A stretch of 64,000 nucleotides of DNA, taken from NCBI GenBank assembly GCA_964016885.1, contig OZ024760.1, positions 29,698,001 to 29,762,000 of the forward strand. Direction: 5' to 3'. The position numbers were made by a program, and so were the translations under genes. The DNA is from Eledone cirrhosa (taxonomy: Eukaryota). Position 1 is the first letter of the stretch. Each line of letters starts with the position of its first letter. The notes beneath the pieces are model-generated. The model did no database searches and was not told the DNA's origin. It saw only the letters and a program-made list of their open reading frames with translations. This document shows positions 45,870 through 60,200 of the stretch, piece after piece.

Positions 45870-48800
45870 TGTAATGTAATGTAATGTAATGTAATTTTTA
45901 ATGTAACGTAATGTAATTTAATGTAATGTAACGTGTAATGTAATGTAATGTAATGAAAATGTAATGTAATGTGTAATGTAATGTGTAATGTAATGTGTAA
46001 TGTAATGTAATGTAATGTGTAATGTAATGTAATGTAATGTAATGTAATGTTTAATGTAGTGTAATGTAATGTAATGTAATGTAATGTAATGTTTAATGTA
46101 ATGTAATGTAATGTAATTTTGAATGTAATGTAATGTAATGTAATGAAATGTAATGTAATGTAATGTTATGTAATGTAATGTAATGTAATGTAGTGTAATG
46201 TAATGAAATGTAATGTAATGTGTAATGTAATGTAATGTAATGTAATGTAATGTAATGTAATGTGTAATGTAATGTAATGTAATGTAATGTGTAATGAGAT
46301 GTAACGTAATGTAATATATTGTTTAATGTAATGTAATGTGTAATATAATGTAATGTAATGTGTAATGTAATGTAATATAATGTAATGTAATGTGTAATGT
46401 AATGTAATGTAATGTGTAATGTAATGTAATGTAATTTAATTTAATGTAATGTAATGTAATGTAATGTAATGTAATGTAATGTAATGTAATGTAATGTAAT
46501 GTAATGTAATGTAATGTAATGTAACGTAATGTAATGTAATGTGTAATGTAATGTAATGTAATGTAATGTAATGTAATGTAATGTAATGTAATGTAATGTT
46601 TAATGAGATGTAATGTAATGTAATGTAATGTTTAATGTAATGTAACGTGTAATATAATGTAATGTAATGTAATGTGTAATGTAATGTAATATAATGTAAT
46701 GTAATGTAATGTAATGTAATGTAATGTAATGTAATGTAATGTAATGTAATGTAACGTGTAATGTAATGTAATGTAATGTAATGTAATGTAATGTAATGTG
46801 TAATGTAATGTAATGTAATGTAATGTAATGTAATGTAATGTAATGTAATGTAATGTGTAATGTAATGTAATGTAATGTAATGTAATCTGTAATGTAATTT
46901 AATGTAATGTAATGTAATGTAATGTAATGTAATCTGTAATGTAATTTAATGTAATGTAATGTAATGTAATGTAATGTAATGTGTAATGTAATGTAATGAA
47001 ATGTAAAGTAATGTGTAATGTAATGTAATGTAATGTAATGTGTAATGTAATGTAATGTAATGCTAAGTAATGTGTAATGTAATGTAATGTAATGTAATGT
47101 AATGTAACGTAATGTAACGTGTAATGTAATGTAATGTAATGTGTAATGTAATGTAATGTAATGTAATGTAATGTAATGTAATATAATGTAATGTAATGTG
47201 TAATAATTAAATGTAATGTAATGTAATGTAATGTAATGTAATGTAATGTAATGTAATGTAATGTGTAATGTAATGTAATGTAATGTAATGTGTAATATAA
47301 TGTAATGTAATGTAATGTAGTGTGTAATGTAATGTAAGGTAATGTGTAATGTAATGTAATGTAATGTAATGTGTAAAGTAATGTAATGTAATGTAATATG
47401 TAATGTAATGTAATGTAATGTAAAGTAATGTGTAATGTAATGTAATGTAATGTAATGTAATGTGATGTGTAATGTAATGTGTAACGTAATGTAATGTAAT
47501 GTGTAATGTAATGTAATGTAATGTGTAATGTAATCTAATGTAATGTAATGTGTAATATAATGTAATGTAATGTAATGTAGTGTGTAATGTAATGTAAGGT
47601 AATGTGTAATGTAATGTAATGTAATGTAATGTAATGTAATGTAATGTAATGTGCAATGTAATGTAATGTAATGTAATATGTAATGTAATGTAATGTAATG
47701 TAATGTGTAATGTAATGTAATGTAATGTGTAATGTAATGTGTAACGTAATGTAATGTAATGTAATGTGTAATGTAATGTAATGCAATTTGTAATGTAATG
47801 TAATGTAATGTAATGTAATGTAATGTAATGTAATGTGTAATGTAATGTAATGTAATGTGTAATGTAATGTAATGTAATGTAATATAATGTAATGTAATGT
47901 AATGTAATGTAATGTAACGTGTAATGTAATGTGTAATGTAATGTAATGTAATGTAATTTAATGTGTAATGTAACGTAATGTAATGTGTAATGTAATGTAA
48001 TGTGTAATGTAATGTAATGTAATGTAATGTAATGTAATGTAATGTGTAATGTAATGTAATGTAATGTAATATAATGTAATGTAATGTAATGTAATGTGTA
48101 ATGTAATGTAATGTAATGTAATGTAGTGTGTAATGTAATGTAATGTAATGTAATGTACTGTAATGTGTAATGTAAGGTAATGTAATGTGTAATGTAATGT
48201 AATGTAATATAATGTAATGTAATGTGCAATCTAATGTAATGTAATGTAATGTGTAATGTAATGTAATGTAGTGTGTAATGTAATGTAATGTAATGTAATA
48301 TAATGTAATGAAATGTAATGTAATGTAATGTAATGTAATGTGTAATGTAATGTAATGTAATGTAATGTAATGTAATGTAATGTAATGTAATATAATATAA
48401 TGTGTAATGTAATGTAATGTAATGTAATGTGTAATGTAACGTAATGTAATGTAATGTAATGTAACGTAATTTAATGTAATGTAATGTAATATAATGTAAT
48501 TTGTAATGTAATGTAATGTGTAATGAAATGTAATGTAATGTGTAATGTAATGTAATGTAATGTCATGTAATGTGTAATGTAGTGTAATGTAATGTAATGT
48601 AATGTAATGTGTAATGTAATGTGTAATGTAATGTAATGTAATGTAATGTAAAATAATATATGTAATGTAATGTAATGTAATGTAATGTAATCTAATGTAA
48701 TGTAATGTAATGTAATGTGTAATGTAATGTAATGTAATGTAACGTAATCTGTAATGTAATGTAATGTGTAATGTAATGTAATGTGATGTGTAATGTAACG

Positions 48801-51800
48801 TAATGTGTAATGTAATGTAATGTGTAATGTAATGTAATATAATATAATGTAATGTAATGTAACGTGTAATGTAATGTAATGTAATGTAATGTGTAATGTA
48901 ATGTAATGTAATGTAATGTAATGTAATGTGTAATGTAATGTAATGTAATGTGAAATGTAATGTAATGTAATGTAACGTGTAATTTAATGTAATGTAATGT
49001 GTAATGTAATGTAATGTAATGTAATGTAATGTGTAATGTAATGTAATGTAATGTAATGTAGTGTGTAATGTAATGTAATGTAATGTAATGTGTAATGTAA
49101 TGTAATGTAATGTAATGTAATGTGTAATGTAATGTAATGTAATGTAATGTAATGTAATGTAATGTGTAACGTAATGTAATGTGTAATGTGTAATGTAATG
49201 TAATGTAATATAATGTAATGTAATATAATGTAATGTAATGTGTAATGTATTGTAATGTAATGTAATGTAATGTAATGTGTAATGTAATGTAATGTAATTT
49301 AATTTAATGTAATGTAATGTAATGTAATGTAATGTAATGTAATGTAATGTAATGTAATGTAATGTAATGTAATGTAATGTAATGTAATGTAATGTAATGT
49401 AATGTGTAATGTAATGTAATGTAATGTAATATAATGTAATGTAATGTAATGTAATGTTTAATGAGATGTAATGTAATGTAATGTAATGTTTAATGTAATG
49501 TAACGTGTAATATAATGTAATGTAATGTAATGTGTAATGTAATGTAATATAATGTAATGTAATGTAATGTAATGTAATGTAATGTAATGTAATGTAATGT
49601 AATGTGTAATGTAATGTAATGTAATGTAATGTAATGTGTAATGTAATGTAATGTAATGTAATGTAATGTAATGTAATGTAATGTAATGTAATGTGTAATG
49701 TAATGTAATGTAATGTAATCTGTAATGTAATTTAATGTAATGTAATGTAATGTAATGTAATGTAATGTGTAATGTAATGTAATGTAATGTAAAGTAATGT
49801 GTAATGTAATGTAATGTAATGTAATGTAATGTGTAATGTAATGTAATGTAATGCTAAGTAATGTGTAATGTAATGTAATGTAATGTAATGTAATGTAATG
49901 TAACGTAATGTAACGTTTAATGTAATGTAATGTAATGTAATGTAATGTAATGTAATGTAATGTAATGTAATGTAATGTAATGTAATGTAATGTAATGTGT
50001 AATAATTAAATGTAATGTAATGTAATGTAATGTAATGTAATGTAATGTAATGTAATGTGTAATGTAATGTAATGTAATGTAATGTGTAATATAATGTAAT
50101 GTAATGTAATGTAGTGTGTAATGTAATGTAAGGTAATGTGTAATGTAATGTAATGTAATGTAATGTAATGTGTAAAGTAATGTAATGTAATGTAATATGT
50201 AATGTAATGTAATGTAATGTAAAGTAATGTGTAATGTAATGTAATGTAATGTAATGTAATGTGATGTGTAATGTAATGTGTAACGTAATGTAATGTAATG
50301 TAATGTGTAATGTAATGTAATGTAATGTGTAATGTAATGTAATGTAATGTAATGTAATGTAATGTGTAATGTAATCTAATGTAATGTAATGTGTAATATA
50401 ATGTAATGTAATGTAATGTAGTGTGTAATGTAATGTAAGGTAATGTGTAATGTAATGTAATGTAATGTAATGTAATGTAATGTGCAATGTAATGTAATGT
50501 AATGTAATATGTAATGTAATGTAATGTAATGTAATGTGTAATGTAATGTAATGTAATGTGTAATGTAATGTGTAACGTAATGTAATGTAATGTAATGTAA
50601 TGTAATGTAACGTAATTTAATGTAATATAATGTAATTTGTAATGTAATGTAATGTGTAATGAAATGTAATGTAATGTGTAATGTAATGTAATGTAATGTC
50701 ATGTAATGTGTAATGTAGTGTAATGTAATGTAATGTAATGTAATGTAATGTAATGTGTAATGTAATGTGTAATGTAATGTAATGTAATGTAATGTAAAAT
50801 AATATATGTAATGTAATGTAATGTAATGTAATGTAATCTAATGTAATGTAATGTAATGTAATGTGTAATGTAATGTAATGTAATGTAACGTAATCTGTAA
50901 TGTAATGTAATGTGTAATGTAATGTAATGTGATGTGTAATGTAACGTAATGTGTAATGTAATGTAATGTGTAATGTAATGTAATGTAATATAATATAATG
51001 TAATGTAATGTAACGTGTAATGTAATGTAATGTAATGTAATGTAATGTAATGTGTAATGTAATGTAATGTAATGTAATGTAATGTGTAATGTAATGTAAT
51101 GTAATGTGAAATGTAATGTAATGTAATGTAACGTGTAATTTAATGTAATGTAATGTGTAATGTAATGTAATGTAATGTAATGTAATGTGTAATGTAATGT
51201 AATGTAATGTAATGTAGTGTGTAATGTAATGTAATGTAATGTAATGTGTAATGTAATGTAATGTAATGTAATGTAATGTGTAATGTAATGTAATGTAATG
51301 TAATGTAATGTAATGTAATGTAATGTGTAATGTAATGTAATGTGTAATGTGTAATGTAATGTAATGTAATGTAATATAATGTAATGTAATGTAATGTAAT
51401 GTAATGTGTAATGAAATGTAATGTAATGTAATGTGTAATGTAATGTAATGTGTAAGGTAATGTAATGTAATGTAATGTAATGTGTAATGTAATGTAATGT
51501 AATGTAATGTGTAATGTAATGTAATGTAATGTAATGTAATGTAATGTGTAATGTAATGTAATATAATGTAATGTAATGTGTAATGTAATGTAATGTAATG
51601 TAATGTAATGTAATGTGTAATGTAATGTAATGTAATTTAATTTAATTTAATGTAATGTAATGTAATGTAATGTAATGTAATGTAATGTAATGTAATGTAA
51701 TGTAATGTAATGTAATGTAATGTAATGTAATGTGTAATGTAATGTAATGTAATGTAATGTAATGTAATGTAATGTAATGTAATGTAATGTTTAATGAGAT

Positions 51801-52528
51801 GTAATGTAATCTAATGTAATGTTTAATGTAATGTAACGTGTAATATAATGTAATGTAATGTAATGTGTAATGTAACGTAATATAATGTAATGTAATGTAA
51901 TGTAATGTAATGTGTAATGTAATGTAATGTAATGTAATGTGTAATGTAATGTAATGTAATGTAATGTAATGTGTAATGTAATGTAATGTAATGTAATGTA
52001 ATGTAATGTAATGTAATGTAATGTGTAATGTAATGTAATGTAATGTAATGTAGTGTGTAATGTAATGTAATGTAATGTAATGTGTAATGTAATATAATGT
52101 AATGTAATGTAATGTGTAATGTAATGTAATGTAATGTAATGTGTAATGTAATGTAATGTGTAATGTGTAATGTAATGTAATGTAATGTAATATAATGTAA
52201 TGTAATGTAATGTAATGTAATGTGTAATGAAATGTAATGTAATGTAATGTGTAATGTAATGTAATGTGTAAGGTAATGTAATGTAATGTAATGTAATGTG
52301 TAATGTAATGTAATGTAATGTAATGTGTAATGTAATGTAATGTAATGTAGTGTAATGTGTAATGTAATGTAATGTAATGTAATGTAATGTAATGTAATGT
52401 AATTTGTAATGTAATGTAATGTAATGTAATGTGTAATGTAATGTAATGTAATGGAATGTGTAATGTAATGTGTAGTGTAATGTAATGTAATGTGTAATGT
52501 AATGTAATGTATTGTAATGTAATGTAAT

Positions 52529-52680
52529 TGTTTCTAATTTAGGCAGCAATTACCCTGTGCATTACTGGTACTTTATTTTATCGACCTCGGTGGGATTTGA
52601 ACTCAGATCGTAAAGGGACGTAACTATGCTGGAAAGCATGGCGTCCGACCCTCTACCGATACTGCCAATCCACCGCCGTT
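52529..52680 (-). mobile_element. SINE-like element, copy 6 (deletion form)
   Basis: Same 152-bp sequence. It lies 6811 bp after copy 5 in a duplicated block (identical 252-aa ORF translations at 44980 and 51791). Confidence 0.88.
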
Positions 52681-55600
52681 TGTAATGTAATGTAATGTAA
52701 TGTAATTTTTAATGTAACGTAATGTAATTTAATGTAATGTAACGTGTAATGTAATGTAATGTAATGAAAATGTAATGTAATGTGTAATGTAATGTGTAAT
52801 GTAATGTGTAATGTAATGTAATGTAATGTGTAATGTAATGTAATGTAATGTAATGTAATGTTTAATGTAGTGTAATGTAATGTAATGTAATGTAATGTAA
52901 TGTTTAATGTAATGTAATGTAATGTAATTTTGAATGTAATGTAATGTAATGTAATGAAATGTAATGTAATGTAATGTTATGTAATGTAATGTAATGTAAT
53001 GTAATGTAGTGTAATGTAATGAAATGTAATGTAATGTGTAATGTAATGTAATGTAATGTAATGTAATGTAATGTAATGTGTAATGTAATGTAATGTAATG
53101 TAATGTGTAATGAGATGTAACGTAATGTAATATATTGTTTAATGTAATGTAATGTGTAATATAATGTAATGTAATGTGTAATGTAATGTAATATAATGTA
53201 ATGTAATGTGTAATGTAATGTAATGTAATGTGTAATGTAATGTAATGTAATTTAATTTAATGTAATGTAATGTAATGTAATGTAATGTAATGTAATGTAA
53301 TGTAATGTAATGTAATGTAATGTAATGTAATGTAATGTAACGTAATGTAATGTAATGTGTAATGTAATGTAATGTAATGTAATGTAATGTAATGTAATGT
53401 AATGTAATGTAATGTTTAATGAGATGTAATGTAATGTAATGTAATGTTTAATGTAATGTAACGTGTAATATAATGTAATGTAATGTAATGTGTAATGTAA
53501 TGTAATATAATGTAATGTAATGTAATGTAATGTAATGTAATGTAATGTAATGTAATGTAATGTAATGTAACGTGTAATGTAATGTAATGTAATGTAATGT
53601 AATGTAATGTAATGTGTAATGTAATGTAATGTAATGTAATGTAATGTAATGTAATGTAATGTAATGTAATGTGTAATGTAATGTAATGTAATGTAATGTA
53701 ATCTGTAATGTAATTTAATGTAATGTAATGTAATGTAATGTAATGTAATCTGTAATGTAATTTAATGTAATGTAATGTAATGTAATGTAATGTAATGTGT
53801 AATGTAATGTAATGAAATGTAAAGTAATGTGTAATGTAATGTAATGTAATGTAATGTGTAATGTAATGTAATGTAATGCTAAGTAATGTGTAATGTAATG
53901 TAATGTAATGTAATGTAATGTAACGTAATGTAACGTGTAATGTAATGTAATGTAATGTGTAATGTAATGTAATGTAATGTAATGTAATGTAATGTAATAT
54001 AATGTAATGTAATGTGTAATAATTAAATGTAATGTAATGTAATGTAATGTAATGTAATGTAATGTAATGTAATGTAATGTGTAATGTAATGTAATGTAAT
54101 GTAATGTGTAATATAATGTAATGTAATGTAATGTAGTGTGTAATGTAATGTAAGGTAATGTGTAATGTAATGTAATGTAATGTAATGTGTAAAGTAATGT
54201 AATGTAATGTAATATGTAATGTAATGTAATGTAATGTAAAGTAATGTGTAATGTAATGTAATGTAATGTAATGTAATGTGATGTGTAATGTAATGTGTAA
54301 CGTAATGTAATGTAATGTAATGTGTAATGTAATGTAATGTAATGTGTAATGTAATCTAATGTAATGTAATGTGTAATATAATGTAATGTAATGTAATGTA
54401 GTGTGTAATGTAATGTAAGGTAATGTGTAATGTAATGTAATGTAATGTAATGTAATGTAATGTAATGTAATGTGCAATGTAATGTAATGTAATGTAATAT
54501 GTAATGTAATGTAATGTAATGTAATGTGTAATGTAATGTAATGTAATGTGTAATGTAATGTGTAACGTAATGTAATGTAATGTAATGTGTAATGTAATGT
54601 AATGCAATTTGTAATGTAATGTAATGTAATGTAATGTAATGTAATGTAATGTAATGTGTAATGTAATGTAATGTAATGTGTAATGTAATGTAATGTAATG
54701 TAATATAATGTAATGTAATGTAATGTAATGTAATGTAACGTGTAATGTAATGTGTAATGTAATGTAATGTAATGTAATTTAATGTGTAATGTAACGTAAT
54801 GTAATGTGTAATGTAATGTAATGTGTAATGTAATGTAATGTAATGTAATGTAATGTAATGTAATGTGTAATGTAATGTAATGTAATGTAATATAATGTAA
54901 TGTAATGTAATGTAATGTGTAATGTAATGTAATGTAATGTAATGTAGTGTGTAATGTAATGTAATGTAATGTAATGTACTGTAATGTGTAATGTAAGGTA
55001 ATGTAATGTGTAATGTAATGTAATGTAATATAATGTAATGTAATGTGCAATCTAATGTAATGTAATGTAATGTGTAATGTAATGTAATGTAGTGTGTAAT
55101 GTAATGTAATGTAATGTAATATAATGTAATGAAATGTAATGTAATGTAATGTAATGTAATGTGTAATGTAATGTAATGTAATGTAATGTAATGTAATGTA
55201 ATGTAATGTAATATAATATAATGTGTAATGTAATGTAATGTAATGTAATGTGTAATGTAACGTAATGTAATGTAATGTAATGTAACGTAATTTAATGTAA
55301 TGTAATGTAATATAATGTAATTTGTAATGTAATGTAACGTGTAATGAAATGTAATGTAATGTGTAATGTAATGTAATGTAATGTCATGTAATGTGTAATG
55401 TAGTGTAATGTAATGTAATGTAATGTAATGTGTAATGTAATGTGTAATGTAATGTAATGTAATGTAATGTAAAATAATATATGTAATGTAATGTAATGTA
55501 ATGTAATGTAATCTAATGTAATGTAATGTAATGTAATGTGTAATGTAATGTAATGTAATGTAACGTAATCTGTAATGTAATGTAATGTGTAATGTAATGT

Positions 55601-57068
55601 AATGTGATGTGTAATGTAACGTAATGTGTAATGTAATGTAATGTGTAATGTAATGTAATATAATATAATGTAATGTAATGTAACGTGTAATGTAATGTAA
55701 TGTAATGTAATGTGTAATGTAATGTAATGTAATGTAATGTAATGTAATGTGTAATGTAATGTAATGTAATGTGAAATGTAATGTAATGTAATGTAACGTG
55801 TAATTTAATGTAATGTAATGTGTAATGTAATGTAATGTAATGTAATGTAATGTGTAATGTAATGTAATGTAATGTAATGTAGTGTGTAATGTAATGTAAT
55901 GTAATGTAATGTGTAATGTAATGTAATGTAATGTAATGTAATGTGTAATGTAATGTAATGTAATGTAATGTAATGTAATGTAATGTGTAACGTAATGTAA
56001 TGTGTAATGTGTAATGTAATGTAATGTAATATAATGTAATGTAATATAATGTAATGTAATGTGTAATGTATTGTAATGTAATGTAATGTAATGTAATGTG
56101 TAATGTAATGTAATGTAATTTAATTTAATGTAATGTAATGTAATGTAATGTAATGTAATGTAATGTAATGTAATGTAATGTAATGTAATGTAATGTAATG
56201 TAATGTAATGTAATGTGTAATGTAATGTAATGTAATATAATGTAATGTAATGTAATGTAATGTTTAATGAGATGTAATGTAATGTAATGTAATGTTTAAT
56301 GTAATGTAACGTGTAATATAATGTAATGTAATGTAATGTGTAATGTAATGTAATATAATGTAATGTAATGTAATGTAATGTAATGTAATGTAATGTAATG
56401 TAATGTAATGTGTAATGTAATGTAATGTAATGTAATGTAATGTGTAATGTAATGTAATGTAATGTAATGTAATGTAATGTAATGTAATGTAATGTAATGT
56501 GTAATGTAATGTAATGTAATGTAATCTGTAATGTAATTTAATGTAATGTAATGTAATGTAATGTGTAATGTAATGTAATGTAATGTAATGTAGTGTGTAA
56601 TGTAATGTAATGTAATGTAATGTGTAATGTAATATAATGTAATGTAATGTAATGTGTAATGTAATGTAATGTAATGTAATGTGTAATGTAATGTAATGTG
56701 TAATGTGTAATGTAATGTAATGTAATGTAATATAATGTAATGTAATGTAATGTAATGTAATGTGTAATGAAATGTAATGTAATGTAATGTGTAATGTAAT
56801 GTAATGTGTAAGGTAATGTAATGTAATGTAATGTAATGTGTAATGTAATGTAATGTAATGTAATGTGTAATGTAATGTAATGTAATGTAGTGTAATGTGT
56901 AATGTAATGTAATGTAATGTAATGTAATGTAATGTAATGTAATTTGTAATGTAATGTAATGTAATGTAATGTGTAATGTAATGTAATGTAATGGAATGTG
57001 TAATGTAATGTGTAGTGTAATGTAATGTAATGTGTAATGTAATGTAATGTATTGTAATGTAATGTAAT

Positions 57069-57220
57069 TGTTTCTAATTTAGGCAGCAATTACCCTGTGC
57101 ATTACTGGTACTTTATTTTATCGACCTCGGTGGGATTTGAACTCAGATCGTAAAGGGACGTAACTATGCTGGAAAGCATGGCGTCCGACCCTCTACCGAT
57201 ACTGCCAATCCACCGCCGTT
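57069..57220 (-). mobile_element. SINE-like element, copy 7 (deletion form)
   Basis: Same 152-bp sequence, 4540 bp after copy 6. Confidence 0.88.
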
Positions 57221-60200
57221 TGTAATGTAATGTAATGTAATGTAATTTTTAATGTAACGTAATGTAATTTAATGTAATGTAACGTGTAATGTAATGTAAT
57301 GTAATGAAAATGTAATGTAATGTGTAATGTAATGTGTAATGTAATGTGTAATGTAATGTAATGTAATGTGTAATGTAATGTAATGTAATGTAATGTAATG
57401 TTTAATGTAGTGTAATGTAATGTAATGTAATGTAATGTAATGTTTAATGTAATGTAATGTAATGTAATTTTGAATGTAATGTAATGTAATGTAATGAAAT
57501 GTAATGTAATGTAATGTTATGTAATGTAATGTAATGTAATGTAGTGTAATGTAATGAAATGTAATGTAATGTGTAATGTAATGTAATGTAATGTAATGTA
57601 ATGTAATGTAATGTGTAATGTAATGTAATGTAATGTAATGTGTAATGAGATGTAACGTAATGTAATATATTGTTTAATGTAATGTAATGTGTAATATAAT
57701 GTAATGTAATGTGTAATGTAATGTAATATAATGTAATGTAATGTGTAATGTAATGTAATGTAATGTGTAATGTAATGTAATGTAATTTAATTTAATGTAA
57801 TGTAATGTAATGTAATGTAATGTAATGTAATGTAATGTAATGTAATGTAATGTAATGTAATGTAATGTAATGTAACGTAATGTAATGTAATGTGTAATGT
57901 AATGTAATGTAATGTAATGTAATGTAATGTAATGTAATGTAATGTAATGTTTAATGAGATGTAATGTAATGTAATGTAATGTTTAATGTAATGTAACGTG
58001 TAATATAATGTAATGTAATGTAATGTGTAATGTAATGTAATATAATGTAATGTAATGTAATGTAATGTAATGTAATGTAATGTAATGTAATGTAATGTAA
58101 TGTAACGTGTAATGTAATGTAATGTAATGTAATGTAATGTAATGTAATGTGTAATGTAATGTAATGTAATGTAATGTAATGTAATGTAATGTAATGTAAT
58201 GTAATGTGTAATGTAATGTAATGTAATGTAATGTAATCTGTAATGTAATTTAATGTAATGTAATGTAATGTAATGTAATGTAATCTGTAATGTAATTTAA
58301 TGTAATGTAATGTAATGTAATGTAATGTAATGTGTAATGTAATGTAATGAAATGTAAAGTAATGTGTAATGTAATGTAATGTAATGTAATGTGTAATGTA
58401 ATGTAATGTAATGCTAAGTAATGTGTAATGTAATGTAATGTAATGTAATGTAATGTAACGTAATGTAACGTGTAATGTAATGTAATGTAATGTGTAATGT
58501 AATGTAATGTAATGTAATGTAATGTAATGTAATATAATGTAATGTAATGTGTAATAATTAAATGTAATGTAATGTAATGTAATGTAATGTAATGTAATGT
58601 AATGTAATGTAATGTGTAATGTAATGTAATGTAATGTAATGTGTAATATAATGTAATGTAATGTAATGTAGTGTGTAATGTAATGTAAGGTAATGTGTAA
58701 TGTAATGTAATGTAATGTAATGTGTAAAGTAATGTAATGTAATGTAATATGTAATGTAATGTAATGTAATGTAAAGTAATGTGTAATGTAATGTAATGTA
58801 ATGTAATGTAATGTGATGTGTAATGTAATGTGTAACGTAATGTAATGTAATGTAATGTGTAATGTAATGTAATGTAATGTGTAATGTAATCTAATGTAAT
58901 GTAATGTGTAATATAATGTAATGTAATGTAATGTAGTGTGTAATGTAATGTAAGGTAATGTGTAATGTAATGTAATGTAATGTAATGTAATGTAATGTAA
59001 TGTAATGTGCAATGTAATGTAATGTAATGTAATATGTAATGTAATGTAATGTAATGTAATGTGTAATGTAATGTAATGTAATGTGTAATGTAATGTGTAA
59101 CGTAATGTAATGTAATGTAATGTGTAATGTAATGTAATGCAATTTGTAATGTAATGTAATGTAATGTAATGTAATGTAATGTAATGTGTAATGTAATGTA
59201 ATGTAATGTGTAATGTAATGTAATGTAATGTAATATAATGTAATGTAATGTAATGTAATGTAATGTAACGTGTAATGTAATGTGTAATGTAATGTAATGT
59301 AATGTAATTTAATGTGTAATGTAACGTAATGTAATGTGTAATGTAATGTAATGTGTAATGTAATGTAATGTAATGTAATGTAATGTAATGTAATGTGTAA
59401 TGTAATGTAATGTAATGTAATATAATGTAATGTAATGTAATGTAATGTGTAATGTAATGTAATGTAATGTAATGTAGTGTGTAATGTAATGTAATGTAAT
59501 GTAATGTACTGTAATGTGTAATGTAAGGTAATGTAATGTGTAATGTAATGTAATGTAATATAATGTAATGTAATGTGCAATCTAATGTAATGTAATGTAA
59601 TGTGTAATGTAATGTAATGTAGTGTGTAATGTAATGTAATGTAATGTAATATAATGTAATGAAATGTAATGTAATGTAATGTAATGTAATGTGTAATGTA
59701 ATGTAATGTAATGTAATGTAATGTAATGTAATGTAATGTAATATAATATAATGTGTAATGTAATGTAATGTAATGTAATGTGTAATGTAACGTAATGTAA
59801 TGTAATGTAATGTAACGTAATTTAATGTAATGTAATGTAATATAATGTAATTTGTAATGTAATGTAATGTGTAATGAAATGTAATGTAATGTGTAATGTA
59901 ATGTAATGTAATGTCATGTAATGTGTAATGTAGTGTAATGTAATGTAATGTAATGTAATGTGTAATGTAATGTGTAATGTAATGTAATGTAATGTAATGT
60001 AAAATAATATATGTAATGTAATGTAATGTAATGTAATGTAATCTAATGTAATGTAATGTAATGTAATGTGTAATGTAATGTAATGTAATGTAACGTAATC
60101 TGTAATGTAATGTAATGTGTAATGTAATGTAATGTGATGTGTAATGTAACGTAATGTGTAATGTAATGTAATGTGTAATGTAATGTAATATAATATAATG